IMG/VR virus record: IMGVR_UViG_2595698628_000001
Coordinates: 6,121-70,120 of that record
Source: a virus
Taxonomy: Duplodnaviria; Caudoviricetes
Length of the DNA stretch: 64,000 nt
Direction: 5' to 3' (one strand)
In this document: positions 29,748 to 38,090 of the stretch, in pieces
Position numbering within the stretch: the stretch's first letter is position 1
Layout: each line of letters starts with the position of its first letter
The notes under the pieces: generated by a model
The model's database searches: none
The model's input: only the letters and a program-made list of their open reading frames with translations
Told to the model about the DNA's origin: nothing
Program-made: the position numbers and the translations under genes

Positions 29748-30355
29748 GCAGCCTCAAGCTCTGCACCTCGGAGTACATGCTGAGCAACGTCAACGGCATC
29801 GGCGTCCGGCGGTCCTGGCTGCCGCGCGTGCTCTCCGAGCAGTTCCTTGAGTCGAGCAAGGACGGCGAGATCAAGCTGGCACCCGACCCGGTGACCATGA
29901 TCGACGGCGACATCACCTGGCACAACGACGACGCAGGCGACCAGATCGTGTTTGTGCTGGTGCACCGCGCACCGCGCTCGATCATCGCTCAGTCGCCCTC
30001 GACGGTCGTGATCCACGATGCGTGGACCAAGCGCGTCGGCAAGGCTCCGAGCGCCGACTACCCGAGCGTTGCCCAAGACACGTTCGGCGGTCGGCTGCAG
30101 ATCGACCGCGCCGAGGTCGCACCCGACGACATCAAGTTCGGGCGGTATTTTCTCGACGGCGACGACTCGCAGGTGTGGGTGCCGGTAGGCCTGGTGCCGC
30201 AGGGCCAAGGCTTCCACTTCCGCTACATCGCCAGTGTCCAGACGCCGGGCACGTGGGTCGCGCCCGGCACCAACTCCGACGTCACGCCGCGCTGGGAGGC
30301 CTATGCGCGGTGGACCCGCCTCGTGGCGCTCGGATGGCCAGTGGGGTCGCAATGA
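29744..30355 (+). CDS. Virion-module protein, paralog 2 of 3
   Basis: GTGA overlap with the upstream gene. Confidence 0.65.
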   Translation: MSSLKLCTSEYMLSNVNGIGVRRSWLPRVLSEQFLESSKDGEIKLAPDPVTMIDGDITWHNDDAGDQIVFVLVHRAPRSIIAQSPSTVVIHDAWTKRVGKAPSADYPSVAQDTFGGRLQIDRAEVAPDDIKFGRYFLDGDDSQVWVPVGLVPQGQGFHFRYIASVQTPGTWVAPGTNSDVTPRWEAYARWTRLVALGWPVGSQ

Positions 30356-30972
30356 CAGCACCGATCAACCCCGACCACTTTGAGATCAGGCCGGACGGCT
30401 CAATTGCTCCGCAGCCGTGGATGCAGTGGCGGCACGTCGCCACGATCGAGGCGGCGAGCAAGACGGGTAGTTACGCCGTCGTCGGCGGCATCAACAAGAA
30501 TGATCTGCTGCACAAGCTGCAGCTGCCGTGGCAGAACAACAGCCCGGTGCCGCAGCACTGCTACGGCCTGATCACGCGCGGCGGCTGCCGGGTCTCGCTG
30601 CAGGCGCGGTCGGTCGGCTACCTGCAGGTGACCTCGGGATTCAAGCTCAACGCGCCCGGCGACGCCGGAGCGTTGGAGGTCGCCAGCAGGTTCGGCTGCG
30701 GTGCAGACATGGGGCGCGGCGGCACGCTCGCGGTCGGCACCGAGTTCGGCATTATCGAGGAACGCATGAACAGCGTGACGTTCCCGCTCGCGCCGGAGCG
30801 GGCCGGGTGGCCGGTGATCGCGCCGGGCGACCTGATCACCGCGCGCGTCGAGGTGCGGTTCATCTCGCAGCAGTGGGAGACCACCAGCATCGACGGCGGC
30901 ACCTCGGGCAGCGATTCCAGCTACACCAGCGGCGGCACACGCCTTGATCTGTTCGCGGTGCCGGTAATCTGA
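30352..30972 (+). CDS. Virion-module protein, paralog 3 of 3
   Basis: ATGA overlap with the upstream gene. Confidence 0.65.
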   Translation: MTAPINPDHFEIRPDGSIAPQPWMQWRHVATIEAASKTGSYAVVGGINKNDLLHKLQLPWQNNSPVPQHCYGLITRGGCRVSLQARSVGYLQVTSGFKLNAPGDAGALEVASRFGCGADMGRGGTLAVGTEFGIIEERMNSVTFPLAPERAGWPVIAPGDLITARVEVRFISQQWETTSIDGGTSGSDSSYTSGGTRLDLFAVPVI

Positions 30973-30996
30973 GGCCTATGCCTCGGAGATTGACCA

Positions 30997-31344
30997 ATGG
31001 GCTTTGAGCCGCCCGCCGGGTACCTCGACTGCGAGGCCGACGGCGAGGCGGCACCGCCCAACACCGGCCCGTTCCACGAGATCGAGGTGGCCGACGTCGG
31101 TGTGATTCACGCCCGGCGACCGCTGCCCAATGCCATCCCCGCCCTGAGTGCAGCGGCCAACCCCAAGGTCACCGACGTCTCGCGCCTGGGCCACCTCAAC
31201 CTGTTCGTGCAGAACCACCTGGCCGAGGGCGAGTTCGAGCACCTGCTGATGCGGATGATGGACCCCGACCAGGACTTGCCGCCGGACACGATGCTGCGGG
31301 TGTCCCGCGCGATTGCAACGGCGGGTACCGCCCGCCCTACCTAG
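30997..31344 (+). CDS. Tail-assembly-chaperone-like protein (paralog of 13992..14561)
   Basis: LFVQNHL...RMMDPD...DT...AIATA versus LFIARHL...RLMDPD...DT...AIVTA. Confidence 0.6.
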   Translation: MGFEPPAGYLDCEADGEAAPPNTGPFHEIEVADVGVIHARRPLPNAIPALSAAANPKVTDVSRLGHLNLFVQNHLAEGEFEHLLMRMMDPDQDLPPDTMLRVSRAIATAGTARPT

Positions 31345-31685
31345 CCGTCATCAACCTCGCGTTGATGGCGGCTCACAACTGGCGGGTGCTTCGCACTCGA
31401 CTCCACGACAAGGGCATCGCCGACCCGATGGCGATGCCCTCGATGCACGCGGTGCTCGACGTGATCGAGCAGATGGGCCTTGAGTCTGCAGTTCACGGGG
31501 CCACCAAGGAGGTCGAGGCCAAGGCCAAGATCAGCGCGTTCTACAACCGGCTGTATGCGCCGGACCCGACCGCGCGAGTGATCAATGGCGACGGCTGGCA
31601 GCCGCAGCCCGCCGGGTTCGAGGAGGCCGAAATTGAGGCATCGTTCGATGCGTTCATGTCCGCTGTCAACGCCAGCGGCGGCTAA
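31335..31685 (+). CDS. Putative -1 frameshift extension (T-part) of the chaperone, or a separate gene from 31362/31365
   Basis: The -1 frame is open across the upstream stop; no SD before 31362/31365. Confidence 0.5.
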   Translation, partial: PYLAVINLALMAAHNWRVLRTRLHDKGIADPMAMPSMHAVLDVIEQMGLESAVHGATKEVEAKAKISAFYNRLYAPDPTARVINGDGWQPQPAGFEEAEIEASFDAFMSAVNASGG

Positions 31686-31702
31686 CCCGTTATCCTGCCC
31701 AT

Positions 31703-32113
31703 ATGACCATCGCCAACGTCATGATGGACACCTCGCAGCCGCCGGGGTCCAAGCTCGATGACGAGATGATCGCTGAGATCGAGGAGTTGGCACCGGGTAT
31801 CCCGCCGGACGGCACGATCACCGAGGCCAAGCTACACAACCAGGCAGTGTCCAAGGACAAACTCAAGCCGGGTGCTGTGGACTCCACCATCATCGCCGAG
31901 GGCGGCATCAAGGCGGTCAACTACGAGGGCAAGAGCGTGGGCGCGGCTGCGCTCGCTGATCACTCGGTCGGCGTGCTGCAGGCCGGTACCGGTGTCTGCA
32001 CCGCCTATGACGCGGCGGGCAACCCGGTCGAGTCCAAGCGTGTCTACCTCACCGCTGCGCAGTATGCGCTGATCGAGACCCCTGACCCCAACACCGACTA
32101 CTACATCAGCTGA
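31703..32113 (+). CDS. Tail-fibre adaptor-like protein
   Basis: ITEAKL/VSKDKL repeats; C-terminal QYALIETPDPNTDYYIS. Confidence 0.6.
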   Translation: MTIANVMMDTSQPPGSKLDDEMIAEIEELAPGIPPDGTITEAKLHNQAVSKDKLKPGAVDSTIIAEGGIKAVNYEGKSVGAAALADHSVGVLQAGTGVCTAYDAAGNPVESKRVYLTAAQYALIETPDPNTDYYIS

Positions 32114-33249
32114 TGCCGCCTGTCGTGCGCCGGGGCGCGGAGCCGCCCATCACCTCGATCATGCGAGGCACCACGCCCATCAAAGAGATCAGGCGCGGCA
32201 CCGAGCTGCGCTGGTCGCGGTCGGTGATCCACGACGGGTTCGACCTTGAGGGCATCTTGGAGCGGTGGATCAACGAGCTGCGCAGCGGCGACCTCGGCGC
32301 GCTGTGCCTCGACATCACCGGCACCCTGGTCGACGGTCTCGGCAACGCCATCGGCACGACTGTCGACTACGTGGAGGGCGGCGTCAACGGGCTGGGCAAG
32401 CTGGTCAACAACGCGGGCACCTCGTTGGTCGATGCTTACTGCGGAGCCTGGGGCGGGTCGGTCGCGCCGGACGGGCTGATTGGCCTGGTCAACGGCATCC
32501 CGATCTTTGGCCCCATCCTCGGCGACTGGCTCAGCGGCGAGTTCGACATTGAGTCCATCATCGGCCAGATTCCGGTCGTCTCCGAGATCGGGCGACTGAT
32601 CGGCCTGTTCCCCGACGTCGAGGGCAACCTGCTCGACCCGCTCAACTACGTCGTCAACGCTGCAGGCGAGGTCATCGGCGTGCTGTCCTGCGGCGAGTTC
32701 AAGCCGACCGGCGGCGTGTTCGAGGGCGTGTGCTTTGTGATCGGCAGCGTCGGCAACGCGGCGAGGATGCTGGTGCCCGACGGACTGATGAGCCTCAACA
32801 AGCAGGTCAGCCGTGTGCGTCACGAGACCGTGCTGCCCGGCGATGACGGCTTCATCGAGACCCGCATTGCCGAGCTGGGAGACCCCGGCTACGTGACGCA
32901 GCTGTTCCGCCGGTACGCCAACGACGGCTCCGGCGCTCGCGGAGTCGGGCTGGACTTCCGCAACTCACAGGTCTCGATCGTGCGCCGGGTGGCCTCGGCT
33001 GACGTGCTGGTCGCGCCGAACCTGACCAGCTTCGGGCCTGCAGACCAGTTCCGCCTCGACCAGGCCGGGAACGTCCACACCCTGTTCAAGAACGGCGAGA
33101 CCGACCCGCTGTGGAGCTGGAACGATGCGACCGGCACGGCGGCGTCCGGCGCGACCAACCGCAGCGTGGCGATGATGATGCAGTCAGCGAAGGAACTGAG
33201 CGGGTCTCGCCTGTTCAGTCCCTCGCTCGACTACGTTGACGCGGCTTAG
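32113..33249 (+). CDS. Minor tail / receptor-binding-like protein
   Basis: TGATG coupling; beta-rich C-terminal domain. Confidence 0.6.
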   Translation: MPPVVRRGAEPPITSIMRGTTPIKEIRRGTELRWSRSVIHDGFDLEGILERWINELRSGDLGALCLDITGTLVDGLGNAIGTTVDYVEGGVNGLGKLVNNAGTSLVDAYCGAWGGSVAPDGLIGLVNGIPIFGPILGDWLSGEFDIESIIGQIPVVSEIGRLIGLFPDVEGNLLDPLNYVVNAAGEVIGVLSCGEFKPTGGVFEGVCFVIGSVGNAARMLVPDGLMSLNKQVSRVRHETVLPGDDGFIETRIAELGDPGYVTQLFRRYANDGSGARGVGLDFRNSQVSIVRRVASADVLVAPNLTSFGPADQFRLDQAGNVHTLFKNGETDPLWSWNDATGTAASGATNRSVAMMMQSAKELSGSRLFSPSLDYVDAA

Positions 33250-33497
33250 GAGGCGCGCCGTTCGCGGCTCTCCCGCCAACGCTCGCGCACGATCCGCTCG
33301 GCGGTGACGGGCGGGCCAGCCGACGGCGGCTGAGGTGCAGAGCGGGCACGCAGGGCGGCGAGGTACATCTGGTCTCGATAGATCGCCAGCCCGATCATGC
33401 ACCCGCCGACGACGGCAATCACCCACGCCTGCGGCGAGGTCGAGATGACCCCGGCCAGCAGGGTGAGGATGCCCGTGAACAGCAGCCGGATATTCAC
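33246..33497 (-). CDS. Small 2-TM membrane protein
   Basis: GGAGG RBS and GTG start; two hydrophobic helices. Confidence 0.65.
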   Translation of the reverse strand: MNIRLLFTGILTLLAGVISTSPQAWVIAVVGGCMIGLAIYRDQMYLAALRARSAPQPPSAGPPVTAERIVRERWRESRERRAS

Positions 33498-33598
33498 CGA
33501 GGCCTCCGTTGCGGGTGCTGTGGCGGCATCGAGACGATGACGCGGCGGTCGGGGTGCTTCAACAGCTCGACCAGGACTGCCCACTGCCACGGCTTCAT
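33494..33598 (-). CDS. 34-aa micro-protein
   Basis: MKPWQWAVLVELLKHPDRRVIVSMPPQHPQRRPR; 4-nt overlaps at both ends. Confidence 0.55.
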   Translation of the reverse strand: MKPWQWAVLVELLKHPDRRVIVSMPPQHPQRRPR

Positions 33599-33804
33599 CC
33601 CTGGTGCCTCGATCCATGCCAGCCTCGACCGGGGCGCTCGGCGTGCCAAGCGTCGATGGTCTCCGGCTTCCACCCCTTGTGAGTGCCGACCTCGACGTCA
33701 TGCGGGGGCAGCTCGGCGAGGCTGACACTGCGGCGCGACTTCACGCCGATGCGTCGGGCGACCTCGGCGTGGCTGAGGTAACGGGGCACCTTACGCGCGG
33801 GCAT
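33595..33804 (-). CDS. Small HTH DNA-binding protein (AlpA/excisionase-like)
   Basis: YLSHAEVARRIGV...LPPHD...GWKPETIDAW. Confidence 0.75.
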   Translation of the reverse strand: MPARKVPRYLSHAEVARRIGVKSRRSVSLAELPPHDVEVGTHKGWKPETIDAWHAERPGRGWHGSRHQG

Positions 33805-34190
33805 CAGCTGGCCTCCTTCTCGACTTCCCCGACAAAGGTAAGCACAACTTTGGTGCTGGGGGTAGACGCAGCGCCGATCACGTGTGCGCGATAGGCCACA
33901 TTGCGCTCCCACTCCCAGCGCATGTCGCGCTGCACCTCGACGTTCACCTCACCGCCGTGGGTCGCGGCGTACTCCAACACCGAGTCAACGGCGATGTCGA
34001 ACTGGTCGACCAGCTCATGCACTTTGTCCATGAAGCCTGCCGGGCACAGGTTGTCGCCCTTCTCGATGCGCTGGTAATCGCGCCGGTCAAACGCCAGCCG
34101 GGTGGCCATGCCGCGCTGGCTCAGCCCCATGTACGCGCGGTGAGCTGCAATCTCGCCGCCGAGGCCGGGGGTGCGGGTCTCGGGATTCAT
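33804..34190 (-). CDS. XRE-family HTH regulator
   Basis: IAAHRAYMGLSQRGMATRL...YQRIEKG. Confidence 0.8.
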   Translation of the reverse strand: MNPETRTPGLGGEIAAHRAYMGLSQRGMATRLAFDRRDYQRIEKGDNLCPAGFMDKVHELVDQFDIAVDSVLEYAATHGGEVNVEVQRDMRWEWERNVAYRAHVIGAASTPSTKVVLTFVGEVEKEAS

Positions 34191-34217
34191 CGGTTATCTC
34201 CTCTGTGTTGACGGGTC

Positions 34218-34251
34218 GGCTCCGGCCCGCCAGGGTGGCAGGGCCGGAGCC
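34218..34251. terminator. Intergenic hairpin (terminator or attenuator)
   Basis: GGCTCCGGCCC...GGGCCGGAGCC. Confidence 0.55.
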
Positions 34252-34273
34252 TCTGTACTCGCGATGCCGGGTG

Positions 34274-34903
34274 TCACCACCCGTGCTTTTTGCGGCAGTC
34301 CGGCCCGATGCCGTATGCCCGGCTCTCGTCGTTGGTGAGCCGGGTGCTGCAGACGCCGCACCGGCCAATCTCGCGCCCGTAGCGGGCGGAGGCCTGCGCG
34401 GCTCCGGCGGCTGCGATCTTGGCGATGATGCCGAGACCCTGCTTCTGGCTGAGACGCTGCTCGTCGCCGCCGACCTCCAACTTGACGAACACCCGGCCAG
34501 CCCACTTGCCCTCGGTGGGACGGTCGACCTTGTAGAAGGCCAGCGAGTTGATCGCGCCGTCGGTGGTCTCGATGGCGTAGCGACCGGCGGGCACGATGGT
34601 CGCGTAGACGTCGTGGCCGACGACCGGCGCTGCAGCGGCGACCGAGGGCGCGTTCTCCTTGAGCCAGGCCTGCGCCTTGTCGATCTGCACGCTGGCATCG
34701 GCCTTGGTGAGCGTCGCGAACCAGGTGTCCAGGGTGTCCTCGGCGGCACCCATGTCCATGCCCTTGATCTGGGCCTTCTTGAGCATCAGGTCGCGGAGGT
34801 AACCGCGCTGGCCCTCGGTCATCGCCGGGGCGAAGCTGGCTCCGGCGGGTGCGAAGTCGACGGTGGCGGCGGGGCGGGTGTTCGCGAAGGTCGGGGTACC
34901 CAT
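34274..34903 (-). CDS. DUF6011-like Zn-finger protein
   Basis: C-terminal CGVC..RLT..ESR.YGIGPDC. Confidence 0.7.
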   Translation of the reverse strand: MGTPTFANTRPAATVDFAPAGASFAPAMTEGQRGYLRDLMLKKAQIKGMDMGAAEDTLDTWFATLTKADASVQIDKAQAWLKENAPSVAAAAPVVGHDVYATIVPAGRYAIETTDGAINSLAFYKVDRPTEGKWAGRVFVKLEVGGDEQRLSQKQGLGIIAKIAAAGAAQASARYGREIGRCGVCSTRLTNDESRAYGIGPDCRKKHGW

Positions 34904-34920
34904 GATCTTGACTCCATCTC

Positions 34921-34977
34921 CGGCGGGTCGGTCCCGCCTACACCCGAAACGCTACCCGCCTTAGTCGGGAAAGTCTA
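34921..34977 (-). promoter_or_regulatory. Conserved promoter-operator-hairpin repeat, copy 2
   Basis: TAGACT-17bp-TAGCGT; hairpin 34922-34938. Confidence 0.85.
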
Positions 34978-35033
34978 GGGGTCCGCACTATGGCCGGATA
35001 CGCTGTGGCTACAACCACCAGAGGAGACCCCGA

Positions 35034-36587
35034 GTGACTGAGCGAGTGCTGCCGTTCGACCGCAAGATCATCCGTCAGGAGACCGGTTACTGGTGCGGCC
35101 CGGCCTCGACTCAGGTGGCCCTGAGCGCTCGCGGCAAGTATGTCGATGAGGCCACGCTGGCGCGCGAGTGCAAGACGACCGTCAACGGCACCGACAACGT
35201 GGGCCAGATCGAACGGGTGCTCGACGTCCGACTGCCCGAGGGCAAGTACACCTCGATGTACCCCGGCGGCACCACGATCGGCACCCCGGCGAGGCCTGCA
35301 GCGGAGCGCAAGACACGGTTCTGGTGGGACATCGTGCGCTCGATCGACAACGGGTTCGCCGTCATCCTCAACTGGGTCGTGCCTCCGGCCCGCAAGCCGA
35401 TCAAGGCGGTGAAGGGCAGCACCAACCCGAGCTACGGCAGCGGGACCACCTACCACTACGTGACCGCCGTCGGCTGGTCCGATGAGGGCAACGGCGGTCG
35501 CCCGGCGGTGCTGATCGCCGACAGCGGGTTCTCGCCCAACGTCTACTGGGTCGACCTCGACACCGCGTTCGCCCTGATCCACACCGACCTGTGGAAGGGG
35601 TATGCGTTCGCCGACCTGCCACTGATTGCTCCGCCTCCGCCCGGCGTCGAGGTGCCGCCGGGCATCCCGGTCAAGATCGGTGACCCGCCGATTGCAGTGA
35701 CGCCGCCCGCTCCGGTGCCGCCGACGCAGCCGCCGACGGTCGTCAAGATCACCGACCCGTTCACGGGTGCGATCTGGTCGCCCAACCGGTACTCGCCCCG
35801 AGGCCTCGGCACGCCGGGGTGGATCGCGGTGCACACGCAGGAGGGCGGGCGCACAGCGCGTGACCTCGCGCTGTTCCTCGCCAACCCAGCCAACGAGGTC
35901 TCGTACCACTCGGTCAACGATGACGTCGAGGTGCTGAAGGTGGTCGCCGAGGGCGATGCGTCGTGGTCGGCGAGCAACGCCAACAAGTACGCCTTCCACC
36001 ACTGCTTTGCGGGCAGCTACGCCGGGTGGAGCCGCGACAAGTGGCTGTCGCCGGACGCCAGCGACGGCAAGAACGAGGACGTGCAGCTGACCAAGGGCGC
36101 GCACGTCGTGGCCTGGTGGTGCGACAAGTACGGCATCCCCGCCGAGTGGATCGGCGGGCGGGCGCAGCCACCGTGGGGTGCTCGCGGCATCCTCGGCCAC
36201 GTCGACCTCGGCCAGTGGGGCGGTGGACATTTCGACCCCGGCGGCAACTTCCCCGTCAACGAGTTCATCCGGCGCGTGGTGAAGTTCCTGACCGGCGAGG
36301 ATCAGCCGCCACTGGTGCCGTTGCCGCCGGTCGTCGTGCCCGGCACCAACCCTGACGCCTACAGCGATTGGATGCTGGTGCGCGGTGATCCGCGCAACGA
36401 CGTCGACCGGGTGATGCGGGTGCAGCGGCGGCTCAAGAACGCCTACAAGGGGTACGCCGGGCACCTCGCCGTCGATGGCGACTTCGGCCCGGCGACGCAG
36501 GCGGCGGTGCGCGAGTTCCAGCGACGCTCCAACCTGGTCGCCGACGGCATCGTTGGCCCGATGACTGCTGCAGCGCTACGACCGTGA
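35034..36587 (+). CDS. lysA: Lysin A (C39-like peptidase + amidase_2 + PG-binding domain)
   Basis: QETGYWCGPAS...HYV; IAVHTQE...SYH...GH; DGDFGPATQAAVREFQ. Confidence 0.9.
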   Translation: MTERVLPFDRKIIRQETGYWCGPASTQVALSARGKYVDEATLARECKTTVNGTDNVGQIERVLDVRLPEGKYTSMYPGGTTIGTPARPAAERKTRFWWDIVRSIDNGFAVILNWVVPPARKPIKAVKGSTNPSYGSGTTYHYVTAVGWSDEGNGGRPAVLIADSGFSPNVYWVDLDTAFALIHTDLWKGYAFADLPLIAPPPPGVEVPPGIPVKIGDPPIAVTPPAPVPPTQPPTVVKITDPFTGAIWSPNRYSPRGLGTPGWIAVHTQEGGRTARDLALFLANPANEVSYHSVNDDVEVLKVVAEGDASWSASNANKYAFHHCFAGSYAGWSRDKWLSPDASDGKNEDVQLTKGAHVVAWWCDKYGIPAEWIGGRAQPPWGARGILGHVDLGQWGGGHFDPGGNFPVNEFIRRVVKFLTGEDQPPLVPLPPVVVPGTNPDAYSDWMLVRGDPRNDVDRVMRVQRRLKNAYKGYAGHLAVDGDFGPATQAAVREFQRRSNLVADGIVGPMTAAALRP

Positions 36588-36601
36588 GGAGACTGACCGC
36601 C

Positions 36602-36721
36602 GTGTCGACGTGGGGATGGCTACTGGTTCTCATCCTCGGCACGGCGTGCAGTCTCGGCTGGGGTGGCCTGTGGTGGGCGCTCCGCTCCGACCCCTACCGC
36701 CCCACCGACAGGAGACGATGA
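36602..36721 (+). CDS. 39-aa single-TM micro-protein between the lysins
   Basis: GAGGAG RBS; MSTWGWLLVLILGTACSLGWGGLWWALRSDPYRPTDRRR; stop overlaps the lysB ATG. Confidence 0.65.
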   Translation: MSTWGWLLVLILGTACSLGWGGLWWALRSDPYRPTDRRR

Positions 36722-37980
36722 TGCCCGAACTCAAGCTCGGCTACCAGGGACCGCTCTACGCGCCGTGGTTCGACTGGTTCACCCGCAAGTACAGCCAGAC
36801 CGCGCCGTTGCTCGGGCGCAAGGACGGCTATTACGGCTCCGACGAGAAGCGCGCGGTGGAGACCCTGCAACGCAACCTCGGCATCGTGGTCGATGGCGTG
36901 TTCGGCGACCGGACGGCGGCGGCTGCCGGGTACACGTGGCCCGGTGCGAGCGCTCCGCCGGTCGTGACTCCGCGCCGACCGATATGGTTCTACTCGTGTC
37001 CAGGCTCCGGCGCGGACTGGTGGCTGGGACCGTCCTACGACGTCGGCCAGATGGTCGCCGGTACCGGCTGGAATGAGCCGGGGCGGCGGTCGCTCAACAT
37101 CAACCACCAGCCGGTCGGGTTCCCCAAGGGCGGATACCTCGGGCTGATGGGCGGTGACCCGACGTTCAGCTACATCGAGGTCATCACCGCGCAGAAGATC
37201 GAGTTTGCCCGGCTGCTGCGCACCAACCCCGACGTGCAGCTGGCGATGGAGGCGAGGCAGCGCGACCGCAACGCGCGGGTCGACGTCGAGCTGTGGCCGT
37301 CCGGCTACAGCCAGTCAGCCGACGGCATGTGCGACGCGGTGGCCGAGCTGTTCGGCGACGGCGGCGAGTTCGAGCTGATCCGCGACCGCATCAACGGTCT
37401 GATCCTGTTCGGCAACCCGGCGACGCCGGTCACCGGCATCGCGCGCAAGACGTACCCGGCCTGGCTGACCGCGCTGATGCGCAATATCAACATGTCCGAT
37501 GACTTCTATGCCGTCGCCAAGGATCGCATCAGGCCTGCGTTCTATGCCGAGATCATCAAGGCGGAGATGGAGCTGCCGTTCTTCGTCCACGTGCTGCGGA
37601 TTGCGGTGCCCATAGTGCTGTCCTGGGCCTCGACGCTGCTGCCGTTCCTCACGCCGCTGCTGGGCGGGCTGGGGCCGGGGGTCCAGTTGGGCCTCGGCAT
37701 GATTAGCGGCCTGCAGGGTCTCGGCTCCAACCCGGCCCTGACGCAGCTGCTCGGCATGGCGGGCAGCGGCAAGGACGTGCAGACCACCGAGCGCGTCGAG
37801 GACATTTTGTCGCCGACCGGCATCCTGTCCAATATCCCCGATCTGATCGCGATGCTCGGGGCGCTGCCCGGCCTGCAGAGCCACGGCCTGTATCACGCGA
37901 CGGCTCCGGCCCGGCCCGAGTTCGGCAACCGGGTCGGCACGCAGTTCGCTTACGACATCATCGCCGGGTTCCGTCGGTGA
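36718..37980 (+). CDS. lysB: Lysin B (cutinase-like esterase with N-terminal PG-binding domain)
   Basis: AGGAGA RBS; GYSQ nucleophile motif, ILFGNP, DDFYA, C-terminal HGLY. Confidence 0.88.
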   Translation: MMPELKLGYQGPLYAPWFDWFTRKYSQTAPLLGRKDGYYGSDEKRAVETLQRNLGIVVDGVFGDRTAAAAGYTWPGASAPPVVTPRRPIWFYSCPGSGADWWLGPSYDVGQMVAGTGWNEPGRRSLNINHQPVGFPKGGYLGLMGGDPTFSYIEVITAQKIEFARLLRTNPDVQLAMEARQRDRNARVDVELWPSGYSQSADGMCDAVAELFGDGGEFELIRDRINGLILFGNPATPVTGIARKTYPAWLTALMRNINMSDDFYAVAKDRIRPAFYAEIIKAEMELPFFVHVLRIAVPIVLSWASTLLPFLTPLLGGLGPGVQLGLGMISGLQGLGSNPALTQLLGMAGSGKDVQTTERVEDILSPTGILSNIPDLIAMLGALPGLQSHGLYHATAPARPEFGNRVGTQFAYDIIAGFRR

Positions 37981-38036
37981 GGTAATCTGCAGGTGCGCGG
38001 CGGTGTTGTCTTCGTGGTTGTGGACGCATAAGCGCA

Positions 38037-38071
38037 GAGACCCGGCACTCTCGGGGTGAGTGCCGGGTCTC
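38037..38071. terminator. Intrinsic terminator between convergent arms
   Basis: GAGACCCGGCACTC-7nt-GAGTGCCGGGTCTC followed by CGTTTGT. Confidence 0.8.
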
Positions 38072-38090
38072 CGTTTGTGCAGGGTGAGGC

